Shown: one piece after another, positions 42,417 to 52,359 of the stretch
Numbering within the stretch: position 1 is the first letter of the stretch
Layout: each line of letters begins with the position of its first letter
Source: Bacteroidales bacterium
Lineage (GTDB): Bacteria > Bacteroidota > Bacteroidia > Bacteroidales > P3
Assembly: GCA_017449975.1 (NCBI GenBank)
Contig: JAFSYK010000064.1
Span: forward strand, 27,060 to 91,059
Direction of reading: 5' to 3'
DNA length: 64,000 nt
Made by a program: the position numbers and the translations under genes
Notes under the pieces: model-generated
Databases searched by the model: none
The model's input: the letters and a program-made list of their open reading frames with translations, nothing else
Told to the model about the DNA's origin: nothing

Positions 42417-45224
42417 ATGAAAGATAAGATTAAAAATACAATAAAAGCCATTAATGAGGCCCGAACTTGGGAGGTCAATGTCGACGAGAGTAAACGTTAC
42501 TCATGGAGAAAGAAATTGACAGACATTCAAAGGCAGCTGACCGATATAAGTTATGCACTCGAGGAAAATTGCTCTGTAGCAGCATTCGGTGAAAGCCAGA
42601 TGGGGAAATCGTACCTTGTGAGCGCCATGTTATCTGAGCCAGGCGTGCCTTTTTGTGTACAAGGTGGGGACAAGTCATACAATTTTATTGATGAAATTAA
42701 CCCAAGTGCTCCTAATAGTTCAGTGGAAGCAACTGGTGTTGTGACTCGTTTTACATCTGCACTACAATCTTCCGATAAAACACCAAAAGGTTGGTTAAGG
42801 GTACGTATGCTTACAATACCAGATATTGTATTAGTATTGGCAGAGGCTTATTACAATCAAGTAATCAGACATATCAGAAACGGGGACGACCTGAAGAGTG
42901 AAATAGAATCTCGAATTAAAAGCTGCCGTATCGCGACTAATGCAAATCCCTTGTTGACTGCGGTAGATATTGCCACCATTGAAGATTATTTACGGACCAC
43001 TTCAACAATAGGCGTTAATTGTGAGAATGTTCTCTCGACAAACCTTTTTCAATTTCTTTTACAAAATGTAGGCAATATCAGTAATGATGATACTCTTGCA
43101 CTTTTGAAACTAATATGGAATAACAATCTGGATATTAACCGATTGTTCGATGATTTGATGAAGTATTACAGGGAGTTGGGATTCCAATCATTCAACTATG
43201 TTGATTTCAAATCTGTCATTCGAAAACATGGAAGTCTTTTGGATGTCGCCAGACTCGATGAAATGTATAGTGACCCTGAGGCAGTAAGTGCGTTTTATGA
43301 GCCTCAAGCATCCGTCAAACTCAGTCCGGACGGTGTGGCTCACACGCTGCCCAAGTCTTTTCTAAGTGCGTTGACTGCCGAACTGTGCTTTGTTGTGGAT
43401 AAGCAAGGGACGAATGCAAATCGCTCATTTATGGACTATCTTGATATTCTCGATTTTCCAGGGCTTCGACCCAAACAAAGCAAAAATGAGGACGATCTTT
43501 CTGTTGGGAAAAGTATTGCAATCGTGTTTCGTCGTGGTAAAGTTACATATCTGTTTAATAAATACTCTCATACCAAACGTATCAGTTCTTTGCTGTTCTG
43601 CCACAACAATAATCAAAGTACTGAATGCACGATGGGACCTGTGTTATCTGAATGGGTGAGCACAAATGTTGGACGTAGTTTCAGTGATCGCAAGTCTTTT
43701 ATTGAAAATACGCAAGCTTCACCTTTGATGGTTGTTAGTACTTGGTTTAATCGAGACCTGGATTATAATAATGAGGCACGTGATGCCGATTTAGGAGAGC
43801 GATGGAATAGGCGTTTTAAAATAGTGCTTTCTAAAGAGGTTTTGCAGTCAATAGACAAACCAGACCACTGGTTTAACAGTTGGACTAGTAGCGGGACTCC
43901 CTTTAAATGCATTTTTATGTTGCGTGACTTTAAATTTTCCAAAGGAATTTTTAGAGGCTATAACCCAGATTTAAATCAACAGGAAACAGAAGCTATAGAG
44001 AATGATAGATTTCCTGACTATCTTGCACAACTGAAAAGATCTTTTACTACAAATAAATTTGTAAGGAACCACTTCGAGAATCCAGAGAGACATTGGGATG
44101 CAGCAGCCTCGCCTGCATGCGATGGCACAATAACAATTATTGAACATCTTAACAGCCTTGCTCCCAGGGTGAACGGGGCAAGATTGCAAAAATTCAATAA
44201 CGACTATAATCTGCTTGTGGAGGAATTGCGTTCTCTTTTATTGAGCGAATATCACGACGATGATCCTGCCGAGCAGACTCGTAAAGCAAAAAAAGAAGCG
44301 GGAAGAGTCATTGTTGGTATAGATCGTCAGTGTGGTAATAACCCTTATTTTTGGAGTAGAATGATGGAGTCGATGATGATTCCAGAAAGAATTGTCAGAG
44401 AAGCAGTGTTTGGTCACATCAAAGGTAATGAGTTAAGTAAGCCATTGTCAAAACCTGAAAGTGAGATATTCATGGCAGCAGGATTGGACACCGAAGCCTC
44501 TTACGACGATAACCTATCAAGATTGTGTGACTATTTGGGGGCTGATGATAAGAAGGAGTGTGAAGAAATATTAAAAGACATAGACCCGGATATAGACATT
44601 GACAAACTTCTCGAGCAAAACAAAATGGTGGAAAGCACTGCCGAACAACTATTGATATCTATAGAGAAAATTTGGCAGACTGACTTTTTAAGCGTGAAAG
44701 TGGCAGGAGGCAGTGGTATGCCAGATGTAAATACAATTGTTGCAAAGCTTGTTGCATTATATCGCGAGTTGGATGTACACAAAGTATTGGTTCGAGAGAT
44801 TCAACATTTGATGGACTCAATCATTCAAAACAAGCAGGTTGGTATTGTCGCAAGTTGGCTGACGATGTCACTCAACAAATTCGTGGGTGAGTTTGGATAT
44901 GGCTATATTGATGAATCAACTATGCGCAGTATTGCCAAGAAAAACGAGGACTTCAAGTTGAATATTGATTTTGATATGTTGAATTATACAGATCAAGGTT
45001 ATGGAATAGACTTGTTAAAACAGATGGATGAGGTTCAACATAGTTTGGAACAAGAAGGGTTTACGGCAAAAGTACGAGAACAACAGAAACTGTTGCCACA
45101 GTATCGTAGTCGTTGGCAGTGGCAGAACCGGATGAGAGCGGCATTTGCTGTTGTCAGTGGTTTGAGAGATTATAACATAGAAGCCAACAATGAGATAAAA
45201 CGAATTATTGACTCCATAAATTAG
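42417..45224 (+). CDS. SrfC-like dynamin-type P-loop GTPase (935 aa)
   Basis: G1 AAFGESQMGKSYLVS (compare dynamin GxxSxGKS), EATGVVTRF (G2 Thr), LDILDFPGL (DxPG G3). Size and position after the SrfB-like gene match srfC. Confidence 0.65.
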   Translation: MKDKIKNTIKAINEARTWEVNVDESKRYSWRKKLTDIQRQLTDISYALEENCSVAAFGESQMGKSYLVSAMLSEPGVPFCVQGGDKSYNFIDEINPSAPNSSVEATGVVTRFTSALQSSDKTPKGWLRVRMLTIPDIVLVLAEAYYNQVIRHIRNGDDLKSEIESRIKSCRIATNANPLLTAVDIATIEDYLRTTSTIGVNCENVLSTNLFQFLLQNVGNISNDDTLALLKLIWNNNLDINRLFDDLMKYYRELGFQSFNYVDFKSVIRKHGSLLDVARLDEMYSDPEAVSAFYEPQASVKLSPDGVAHTLPKSFLSALTAELCFVVDKQGTNANRSFMDYLDILDFPGLRPKQSKNEDDLSVGKSIAIVFRRGKVTYLFNKYSHTKRISSLLFCHNNNQSTECTMGPVLSEWVSTNVGRSFSDRKSFIENTQASPLMVVSTWFNRDLDYNNEARDADLGERWNRRFKIVLSKEVLQSIDKPDHWFNSWTSSGTPFKCIFMLRDFKFSKGIFRGYNPDLNQQETEAIENDRFPDYLAQLKRSFTTNKFVRNHFENPERHWDAAASPACDGTITIIEHLNSLAPRVNGARLQKFNNDYNLLVEELRSLLLSEYHDDDPAEQTRKAKKEAGRVIVGIDRQCGNNPYFWSRMMESMMIPERIVREAVFGHIKGNELSKPLSKPESEIFMAAGLDTEASYDDNLSRLCDYLGADDKKECEEILKDIDPDIDIDKLLEQNKMVESTAEQLLISIEKIWQTDFLSVKVAGGSGMPDVNTIVAKLVALYRELDVHKVLVREIQHLMDSIIQNKQVGIVASWLTMSLNKFVGEFGYGYIDESTMRSIAKKNEDFKLNIDFDMLNYTDQGYGIDLLKQMDEVQHSLEQEGFTAKVREQQKLLPQYRSRWQWQNRMRAAFAVVSGLRDYNIEANNEIKRIIDSIN

Positions 45225-45231
45225 CTCTATT

Positions 45232-46941
45232 ATGCCTACGGTAAAAAATAAAAGAAAGATTTGCGAGACAAGTCTGTCTGACTTTAGTATAGAACAGGTT
45301 TCAGGAGTCCCGTTCTATAGCCGTTATCGTGAGATTGAAAGCGTATTCAAAAAACTTGTTCCGGATGTGGACTTTTCCATTAGCTTTGCGCAGCCTTATG
45401 AGAATAAGGCTAAGCGTGTAATAGAATGGTTCTACATCCCGGGGAAGGAATCTCCATCTCGACTATCTGAATTGGCCGATTCCGATACGGATAGTTATTC
45501 AGATGCGAATTCAAAGAGAGCAAAAATTGTTGAAGCCATTAACAAGGCAATTAATAACGCAGGTGATGTGGAACGTAAATTCCTCAATGCGGCGTTATCG
45601 GGCATTGGGTCGGTCGAGTCGGACAACACAACATATTTTTACGATGGCCAAGTCCTGTTTGGCGTTTGGGGTATGCGGGCAAAATCCGGTCGTAAAATAG
45701 AAGATGTAATACGTGAAGATGTATTGGATCATCGAGTTTTTACTATCCGCTACAAGTTGGATGGTGAGGGTAGTCTTTCTTTCTCGTCCGTTGGAAGAAA
45801 GTTTGGCCATAAACTCACCCCATCCGATGTTCCACAAGTTACCCCTTCACATGGGTGGTCTTTTGTAAGATGGGAACCTGAAATCCCGCAGGGATGGTCA
45901 GTTGAAAATGATAAGATTTTTACAGCAGTCTGTGAGTTTGATAATAATTTACCTGATGGAAGTGGAGTTGATAATAATCCCACGCCTCCGGACGGACCAA
46001 TAAAAGACGAGCAACCTGGTTCATCCGGTGCAGATGAGGAAGACAAATTCCATGTCCAGTTTATCAGCGAGAATCATGGAACAATATCTGGGTGTGCGGA
46101 TTATTGGAAGATGGCTGGAGAGTGTGTGAATAGTAATGAAGTTCCGTTAGTGATGCCGGAAGAGGGATATGAGTTTCTTGGATGGGATTGCGAACCGGAT
46201 GGGTATGCAGTAAATGCAGATACTGTTTTTACGGCAAGGATTGGAAAAATAAATTGTAAAGTACGTTTTCTAGAAGGCAATCATGGCAAGTTAAAAGGGA
46301 AGACTGAATATGACAAAAAGTATTTGGAACGAATACAATCAAATGAAATTCCTAATGTGGAAGCGGATGATGGTTGTCGATTCGTCGGCTGGGACAAGGA
46401 ACCCAATGGTTTCGAAGTAAAGGATGACACCACATTCGTTGCACAATATCAAGAAAAAGAAACTGATTCATGGTGGCATAGATTTTGGGGACTAGGGTCA
46501 GGCTGTTTAAGTTGGTTGCTAGCTCTGTTATTATTGGGATTGATTGGACTCTTTCTTTGGTACTTGTTTGGAAACCACAATCTGAACTTCTGTGGGTGCA
46601 ACTGCGAGGAAGACATATCCTCCATTTATCCAGAAACTCCCAAAGAATTTGATTGTAATTCCACACAAAAAAGTGGTGATGACGCTGGATATCTTGGATA
46701 CATAGATATGCACCAAGATTCGGGTACTTTCCATTTTCATTATGATACTTACTCTCGACGTGATAGTATTGTTATTTATGACGGTAAAGGAATAAGTGGA
46801 AGGGTCATATTCCGTTATGGCGGAGGAACGGAATCCATTAAAGATGCAAATGTCGAGTTTCATAACCGTTATATAACAGTCAAGGTGCGGGCAATAGATG
46901 ATGGAACCTGTTGGGATTTTAGGGTTGATTGTCCGGATTAA
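45232..46941 (+). CDS. single-pass membrane protein with three InlB-B (Listeria-Bacteroides) repeats and a Cys-rich C-terminal domain
   Basis: Repeats GWSFVRWEP...DKIFTAVC, GYEFLGWDCEPDGYAVNADTVFTA and GCRFVGWDKEPNGFEVKDDTTFVA. TM segment LSWLLALLLLGLIGLFLWYLF, then CGCNC. Confidence 0.6.
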   Translation: MPTVKNKRKICETSLSDFSIEQVSGVPFYSRYREIESVFKKLVPDVDFSISFAQPYENKAKRVIEWFYIPGKESPSRLSELADSDTDSYSDANSKRAKIVEAINKAINNAGDVERKFLNAALSGIGSVESDNTTYFYDGQVLFGVWGMRAKSGRKIEDVIREDVLDHRVFTIRYKLDGEGSLSFSSVGRKFGHKLTPSDVPQVTPSHGWSFVRWEPEIPQGWSVENDKIFTAVCEFDNNLPDGSGVDNNPTPPDGPIKDEQPGSSGADEEDKFHVQFISENHGTISGCADYWKMAGECVNSNEVPLVMPEEGYEFLGWDCEPDGYAVNADTVFTARIGKINCKVRFLEGNHGKLKGKTEYDKKYLERIQSNEIPNVEADDGCRFVGWDKEPNGFEVKDDTTFVAQYQEKETDSWWHRFWGLGSGCLSWLLALLLLGLIGLFLWYLFGNHNLNFCGCNCEEDISSIYPETPKEFDCNSTQKSGDDAGYLGYIDMHQDSGTFHFHYDTYSRRDSIVIYDGKGISGRVIFRYGGGTESIKDANVEFHNRYITVKVRAIDDGTCWDFRVDCPD

Positions 46942-46963
46942 TTAAAATTGGTTATTAGAAGAA

Positions 46964-47872
46964 ATGGATAGTAATAATCGAAATAAAAATAGAATTTTCA
47001 GTTTGCTGCTAAAAATACTGGCAGCAATCGCGATGCTGCTACTAATAATTTGCTTTGTAAAAACTTGTCAGAACTGTAAGCAGCAACAGATACGCACCCT
47101 TGTTATCCAGCGTACGGGTTACCTGCCAGAGAATGAACCGTGGGATCTCATTCCCAAAGAGAATCCACCATATCGTGATGAGTATCTTGACAGTCTCCCC
47201 GACTCAGTATCTTTAGAACACCTTTTCCCTCCCATTGGTGACCAGGGAGTTAAGGGGACGTGTGTGGCGTGGGCTGTCGGTTATAATCTTGTAACAGCGC
47301 TTTTTGCGCAAGATAATAAATGGACAATTGACGAGTTGTCCGATCCACAAAATCAGATTTCACCGGCAGACCTGTGGCTTGGTATACCTGCTGGCAAAAA
47401 ACAAAAACCGTGTGGCTTCACTGATTTTTGGAGTGCATTTGACGTGCTGATTTCAAAAGGCGCAGCAAGTATGAAACGTGTGCCATATTCCAATATGGGT
47501 AGTACATGCAAGGGTGGTTTCATCGGCGATACGAATAATAGAATTGCTGGTTTCAATCGGATTGTTTCTGACGGTGAATTGCCAAGTGTGAAACAACTCA
47601 AGGGATATCTTGCAGACACAATACCTTTAGCCTTTTCTGCTATGGTGGGTTTTGTATTTTCAAGCTGGAGTGGTGATGGGGTTTTCAACTCGCCTGATAA
47701 TGGAATGACAAGTGGACATGCCATGGTGATTTCTGGATATGACGATTCAAAGCACGCATTTCGTATTAGAAACTCGTGGGGTACTGCATGGGGTGATGAA
47801 GGAAGCGCTTGGGTGGACTACGATTTCTTTATTAATAGTTTTTGCAAGGAAGTTTTCAAGGCCAATAATTAA
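46964..47872 (+). CDS. membrane-anchored papain-like (C1 family) cysteine peptidase
   Basis: N-terminal TM segment, GDQGVKGTCVAWAVG (Gln/Cys), SGHAMVISGYDD (His), RIRNSWGTAWGDEG (Asn/Trp). Confidence 0.75.
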   Translation: MDSNNRNKNRIFSLLLKILAAIAMLLLIICFVKTCQNCKQQQIRTLVIQRTGYLPENEPWDLIPKENPPYRDEYLDSLPDSVSLEHLFPPIGDQGVKGTCVAWAVGYNLVTALFAQDNKWTIDELSDPQNQISPADLWLGIPAGKKQKPCGFTDFWSAFDVLISKGAASMKRVPYSNMGSTCKGGFIGDTNNRIAGFNRIVSDGELPSVKQLKGYLADTIPLAFSAMVGFVFSSWSGDGVFNSPDNGMTSGHAMVISGYDDSKHAFRIRNSWGTAWGDEGSAWVDYDFFINSFCKEVFKANN

Positions 47873-47883
47873 TACAATTAAAT

Positions 47884-48720
47884 ATGAGAAAATTCAATCT
47901 AAACTGGGGTGTAGTGTTGGCAGCAGTAGTGTTGCTGGGGTATTCCTACATCTCTTTCCTTGGTATGCTTTACAAGGTTGACGGGGTTTTATGGAAGGCG
48001 GTATTATTCGCCATTGGTGTGATAGCCGCGGTGTCAATTTGTGTGTATGTAATGGTTAGTGCGAAGGTTACCAAGAGTAAAGAAGCTGGAGTTATTGGGC
48101 AGATAGTCTTTGGCATAATTATTCTTGCGACATTTCTTGTTTCAGGAAGCCCATTTACCAGTTTTCTTAAGGTGGCAGGTAGTAAAAACGCCATCGAGAC
48201 TGGAATTAACAATGTGAAAACCTCTGCGTATAGCCTTGATGAGGAATACAATAAGTACGCTTTGGAGCGAGTTCAAAAGTATGGAAATACTTTTGCGGTA
48301 GCAGATGGTGATCTGAAAGTTCAGAGTCTTAAGAGAAGACTTAGTCCCGATTCGATTAATACAGTGCAACAACTGCGTCGCGATTGGGTGGCGCAAATAG
48401 GTGATATGAGTATTTGGAATGTGAAATTGCCTCAGAATCTGAAATATATGCAGCAATGCGTGGGAAATTGGACGGAAAATTACACCTTGATTTCAGATAA
48501 AATATATGAAAGCGAACATGCCTCCGCATTTTCATACAATGAATTTGACACATCATTAAATTTATTAATGGATAGTTTCAAAAAAGCTGGTTATTCTTTT
48601 TGGGCTGTACTGGTGGCTATCTTCTCTGCTTTTGTGATGATGATTCCATATTGGTTGGCAGTTCCCACTTCAACCAGAAAAACTCATGGGGTGACTTATG
48701 TTAAACAAGTAAATCGTTAG
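47884..48720 (+). CDS. membrane protein (3 N-terminal TM segments, soluble loop, C-terminal TM segment)
   Basis: Hydrophobicity pattern only. Confidence 0.6.
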   Translation: MRKFNLNWGVVLAAVVLLGYSYISFLGMLYKVDGVLWKAVLFAIGVIAAVSICVYVMVSAKVTKSKEAGVIGQIVFGIIILATFLVSGSPFTSFLKVAGSKNAIETGINNVKTSAYSLDEEYNKYALERVQKYGNTFAVADGDLKVQSLKRRLSPDSINTVQQLRRDWVAQIGDMSIWNVKLPQNLKYMQQCVGNWTENYTLISDKIYESEHASAFSYNEFDTSLNLLMDSFKKAGYSFWAVLVAIFSAFVMMIPYWLAVPTSTRKTHGVTYVKQVNR

Positions 48721-48723
48721 TCA

Positions 48724-50424
48724 ATGGATAAGAATAAAATACTGGAGGCCTGGAAGTCTCTTCCTATCAATAATTTGATGAATTTCATCCTAAAAGGTGA
48801 GATTACATTGGGGGAACTTGAAAAAAGCATATCCGGGGATAAAGATACAAAAAGCCGAGATAGAATCGACGAGTTGAAGAAGTTGCTTCAAAGCAAAGAA
48901 AAAGAAATGCGAGAAAAGGCAATGGATGAGGATACTGTGGCGGCATATCGGTCTTATCTTGATTTTTTTGGTGATAATGGGTCAAGCTCGGAGGAGTTTT
49001 ATCAACTTCTGCAACAGAAAGACACGGAAATGTGGCGACAGGTGAAAAGTAATCCGACGGTGGATGGAATTAAGACTTACCAAGATACTTTTCCGAGCGG
49101 GCTTTTTATCAAAGAGTGTTTTGAATTGGCGGAGGATTTGCCATGGTATCAAACAAAGGCGCAGAATACTATTGCTGCATACGAAATATATAAAAAAAAA
49201 TACCCAGGCAAACATGTTGAAGATATTAATCGCGCGATAGAACAAATTGTTGATGAACAGGATTGGGATACGGCGTGTAAAAATGGCACGACACAAGCCT
49301 ACCAAGACTATCTTAGTAAGCATCCAGATGGTTTGCACAATAGTGAGGCATTAGAACGGATTAATAATCGATCTGGACGTGATTTATTTCTCGACGAGCT
49401 GAGAAAGGATGTTAATAAGTTCCCAGTAAAAGGAGATCAGTGGGAAGAAGGTATTATAGAAAAAATTGAAAACAATGTCGCATCATGGGACGACTTAAGA
49501 TCTATCTTTACGGCTCAGCAAATCGATGCAATACGTAATTATCAGGCACCAAATCAGTTGCCGTTAGTGCAAGATTTTGAAAAATTACCTCGGGGTTATA
49601 CGGAAGTATATTTTTGGGGAACGCGAGGAACGGGTAAAACATGTGCAATCGGTGCGACAATTGGATACCTTCGCAATGTTCGAAAAAGCATTAATCCATT
49701 GACTTGTCCGGGCGAGCGATATCTTCATCAATTAGAGAATTTGTTCCGTAATAATGGCAATGTTTGCTCGCTTCCTCCAGGAACTGTTAATGGAAACCTT
49801 CCTGCGATGGCTTTCAGTTTTAAGGACAAAAGGAACGCTGATCACAAGACTATGTTAATTGATGTGGCAGGAGAGGTTTTTGCAGGTATCTTCAAGGCAG
49901 AACATGGCGTTCCTATTGCACCAGATGAAGAAAATGCCATTAACCATCTAAAACAATGTTTAAATGATAAATACAATAACAAAATTCATTTTTTCATTGT
50001 CGAGTATGGCAATGATGATATGTTATATATAGATGGTTATGGTGAAGTGACGAAGTCTCAGGTTATGCAGAGTTTAGCTGGATATTTTGCAAAAGAGAAA
50101 TTGTTTACACGGTCTTCTGTTTCTATGAATATTTTGGTTACAAAATGTGACAAGATAAAGGATGGAGATAGAATGGAACGTGTGCAGGAATATATTGAGA
50201 ATTCACATTGGGGAGCAGTTGTAAATGGCATAAACGACATATCAGAACATGCACGTTGCGGTGGAACCAATGTAATGGGTTTTTCAATTGGAAATGTTTT
50301 TGCGCAAGATTTGTGTATCTTCCGACCGGATGATGCTGAGGGCATTGTCTCTGAGATTGAAGAACGTACACATGGGGTTAAAGACACATGGTTTAGTCGT
50401 TTAATTGATTTTTTTAGAAACTAG
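48724..50424 (+). CDS. GTPase with four N-terminal YxxYLxxxP repeats
   Basis: Repeats AAYRSYLDFFGDNG, IKTYQDTFPSG, IAAYEIYKKKYPGKH and TQAYQDYLSKHPDG. G1 FWGTRGTGKT, G3 LIDVAGE, G4 LVTKCDK. Confidence 0.65.
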   Translation: MDKNKILEAWKSLPINNLMNFILKGEITLGELEKSISGDKDTKSRDRIDELKKLLQSKEKEMREKAMDEDTVAAYRSYLDFFGDNGSSSEEFYQLLQQKDTEMWRQVKSNPTVDGIKTYQDTFPSGLFIKECFELAEDLPWYQTKAQNTIAAYEIYKKKYPGKHVEDINRAIEQIVDEQDWDTACKNGTTQAYQDYLSKHPDGLHNSEALERINNRSGRDLFLDELRKDVNKFPVKGDQWEEGIIEKIENNVASWDDLRSIFTAQQIDAIRNYQAPNQLPLVQDFEKLPRGYTEVYFWGTRGTGKTCAIGATIGYLRNVRKSINPLTCPGERYLHQLENLFRNNGNVCSLPPGTVNGNLPAMAFSFKDKRNADHKTMLIDVAGEVFAGIFKAEHGVPIAPDEENAINHLKQCLNDKYNNKIHFFIVEYGNDDMLYIDGYGEVTKSQVMQSLAGYFAKEKLFTRSSVSMNILVTKCDKIKDGDRMERVQEYIENSHWGAVVNGINDISEHARCGGTNVMGFSIGNVFAQDLCIFRPDDAEGIVSEIEERTHGVKDTWFSRLIDFFRN

Positions 50425-50430
50425 TTGATT

Positions 50431-52305
50431 ATGAATAAATTTTCTTTGTCTGTTGCTTTTAAAGGGCAACTATATAAAAATGATGCATTGTCTACCAATT
50501 ATGTGTTTCCGCAGACCAACACAGAATGGGCTTTGCTGTTGGGTTCGGATCCGAGGAAATTGATAGCAGACCTTAATATCAATGGGGATTACTGTTGCTA
50601 TACCATCAAAATAGTAGAAAGTGGAATAGTGTACGCTTATCGTAGAGTTCGGCCTGGAAGAAGTGGTAGTAATTGTGCGATGGTGATGCTTTTGGCTGGT
50701 GGCCCTGCCCGTGATGGGAAAAAATTGACTGAAAAAATGCATGAGCTATTGACTTATGCGATGTCCCTATCGTCTTCCGAACAGATTGATAAAGATTTTT
50801 TGGGTGAGAAACTATCCAGTTGCGACGATTTGTTCAATTGGCAAAGACAACCCAATTTTAAAGAGAATCCGGAGAAAGTTGTCTTAAATGAGGCATTCAG
50901 AGAATACAAGACCGAGGAGGATCTTTTTAGAATATTGGAAAATCCATATCAACCAGCTTATAATAATTTTAGTTGTATACATATTATTCCGGCAGAGGCT
51001 AATACAATCCCAGCTAGCAATAGCAATATTCAACAAATAACAATCGGTTTAGAACCTATTTATTTCTTTGCTTTTCCTCAAGGCGTTGAAGAGGAATCCG
51101 GTAAGAAATACATAGGCAAAAGTGAGGTTTTTAAACTTATTTATAAACGTAATGGATATAAGCCTTTTTCGACAGATTATTTGAGGGCGGCAGCTGATTC
51201 TCGATACTATAGTGTGGACAATGACACAATTAAGGTTAAAACGGCTGAAGATGCAAGAATTAAATTCAGCAGATCGTTGGTTTTTTATGTTTCAGATGAG
51301 AGGGATAATAATATTGACAAGTTCCTTTTTCGAATTAAAGAGATAAGCAATAATAGATGGATGCAGTGGTTGGTTGGTGGCAGAACGTATGAGTGGTTGC
51401 CAGGGAAGGATGGCAAGATGGAAGTTCCCCTTGAGGACGGTCAATATGAGTATCATATAAAAGTAGAGGGGTATGGAGAAAAGAAGGGCCAGATTGATAC
51501 ACTAAACAATACCAATAATATAATTAACGTTAGGTTAAAAGCAGAGAGTGACGAGCAAGAAATGTATCTTGTGCCGGCCTTTTATAAGCGGGACAAGAAT
51601 TCGAATGCAGGAATTGGAAAGGTTACGGTCGGCTACTCAAAGAATAATGTTTTCTTCAAGAAGTATGGTAAGTATTTTGGAAAGCATGTTTCGAAATTGC
51701 CTGTTTTTTATGTGATGCATAAGAATCCCAAGCGAATTATGTATTTTACGTGTATACTTTCTTTGTTAATTGGCTTTGGAATGGGGCTAATAATTAAATC
51801 ACAATCAAAAATAGAGGAAAATAATGCTGCACCCGTAGATACGACTCGCAATGATAGTGTGAAAGTTACAGAAGTTTCAGAAGTAATTGTTGGAGTTGAC
51901 GCTTTGGAGTCGGAGGATGAAAAATATTTATCTGAAAATAATGTTTGGGAGAAGTCAAAATTGAAATCTCAGAAGTATAAGGATTTCTTTGATGTTTTTA
52001 CATACTTGGCTGCTTCAGATTGGAGTAATAATGAATGTAATGTGATTAAATTAGATACGCTTAATGAAATCGATAGCTGCTATTCTCATATTAACAATCA
52101 AATATGGATATCAATCCGGAAAAAAATTTTTGAAAAGGATAGGAATAGCTGCATGGAGATAAGAGATAATATAATAAAACAGATGAAGGAAAATAGGAAT
52201 TTTGTTGACATAAGTAAACTGGAGTCGCCCAATGGTACTTCTTCAAATACACAGCGCTCTGCAGAGAGTATTAAAAAATTACCAGAGGGAACTAAACAAC
52301 GTTAA
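50431..52305 (+). CDS. large single-pass membrane protein (about 440 aa N-terminal, TM segment, about 160 aa C-terminal)
   Basis: ATG 6 nt after the upstream stop. TM segment IMYFTCILSLLIGFGMGLII. No recognisable motif. Confidence 0.6.
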   Translation: MNKFSLSVAFKGQLYKNDALSTNYVFPQTNTEWALLLGSDPRKLIADLNINGDYCCYTIKIVESGIVYAYRRVRPGRSGSNCAMVMLLAGGPARDGKKLTEKMHELLTYAMSLSSSEQIDKDFLGEKLSSCDDLFNWQRQPNFKENPEKVVLNEAFREYKTEEDLFRILENPYQPAYNNFSCIHIIPAEANTIPASNSNIQQITIGLEPIYFFAFPQGVEEESGKKYIGKSEVFKLIYKRNGYKPFSTDYLRAAADSRYYSVDNDTIKVKTAEDARIKFSRSLVFYVSDERDNNIDKFLFRIKEISNNRWMQWLVGGRTYEWLPGKDGKMEVPLEDGQYEYHIKVEGYGEKKGQIDTLNNTNNIINVRLKAESDEQEMYLVPAFYKRDKNSNAGIGKVTVGYSKNNVFFKKYGKYFGKHVSKLPVFYVMHKNPKRIMYFTCILSLLIGFGMGLIIKSQSKIEENNAAPVDTTRNDSVKVTEVSEVIVGVDALESEDEKYLSENNVWEKSKLKSQKYKDFFDVFTYLAASDWSNNECNVIKLDTLNEIDSCYSHINNQIWISIRKKIFEKDRNSCMEIRDNIIKQMKENRNFVDISKLESPNGTSSNTQRSAESIKKLPEGTKQR

Positions 52306-52359
52306 TATTATATTTATCTGTTGCTAATTTGCTATGTCTATTATTAAGTACTTTATTTT

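Noticed and set aside
49192-49200. A9 homopolymer inside the second GTPase gene as a phase-variation switch
   Set aside because: This is a single tract in AT-rich DNA seen in one sequence. Slippage cannot be assessed without population or read data, so it is noted only as a check under the GTPase finding.
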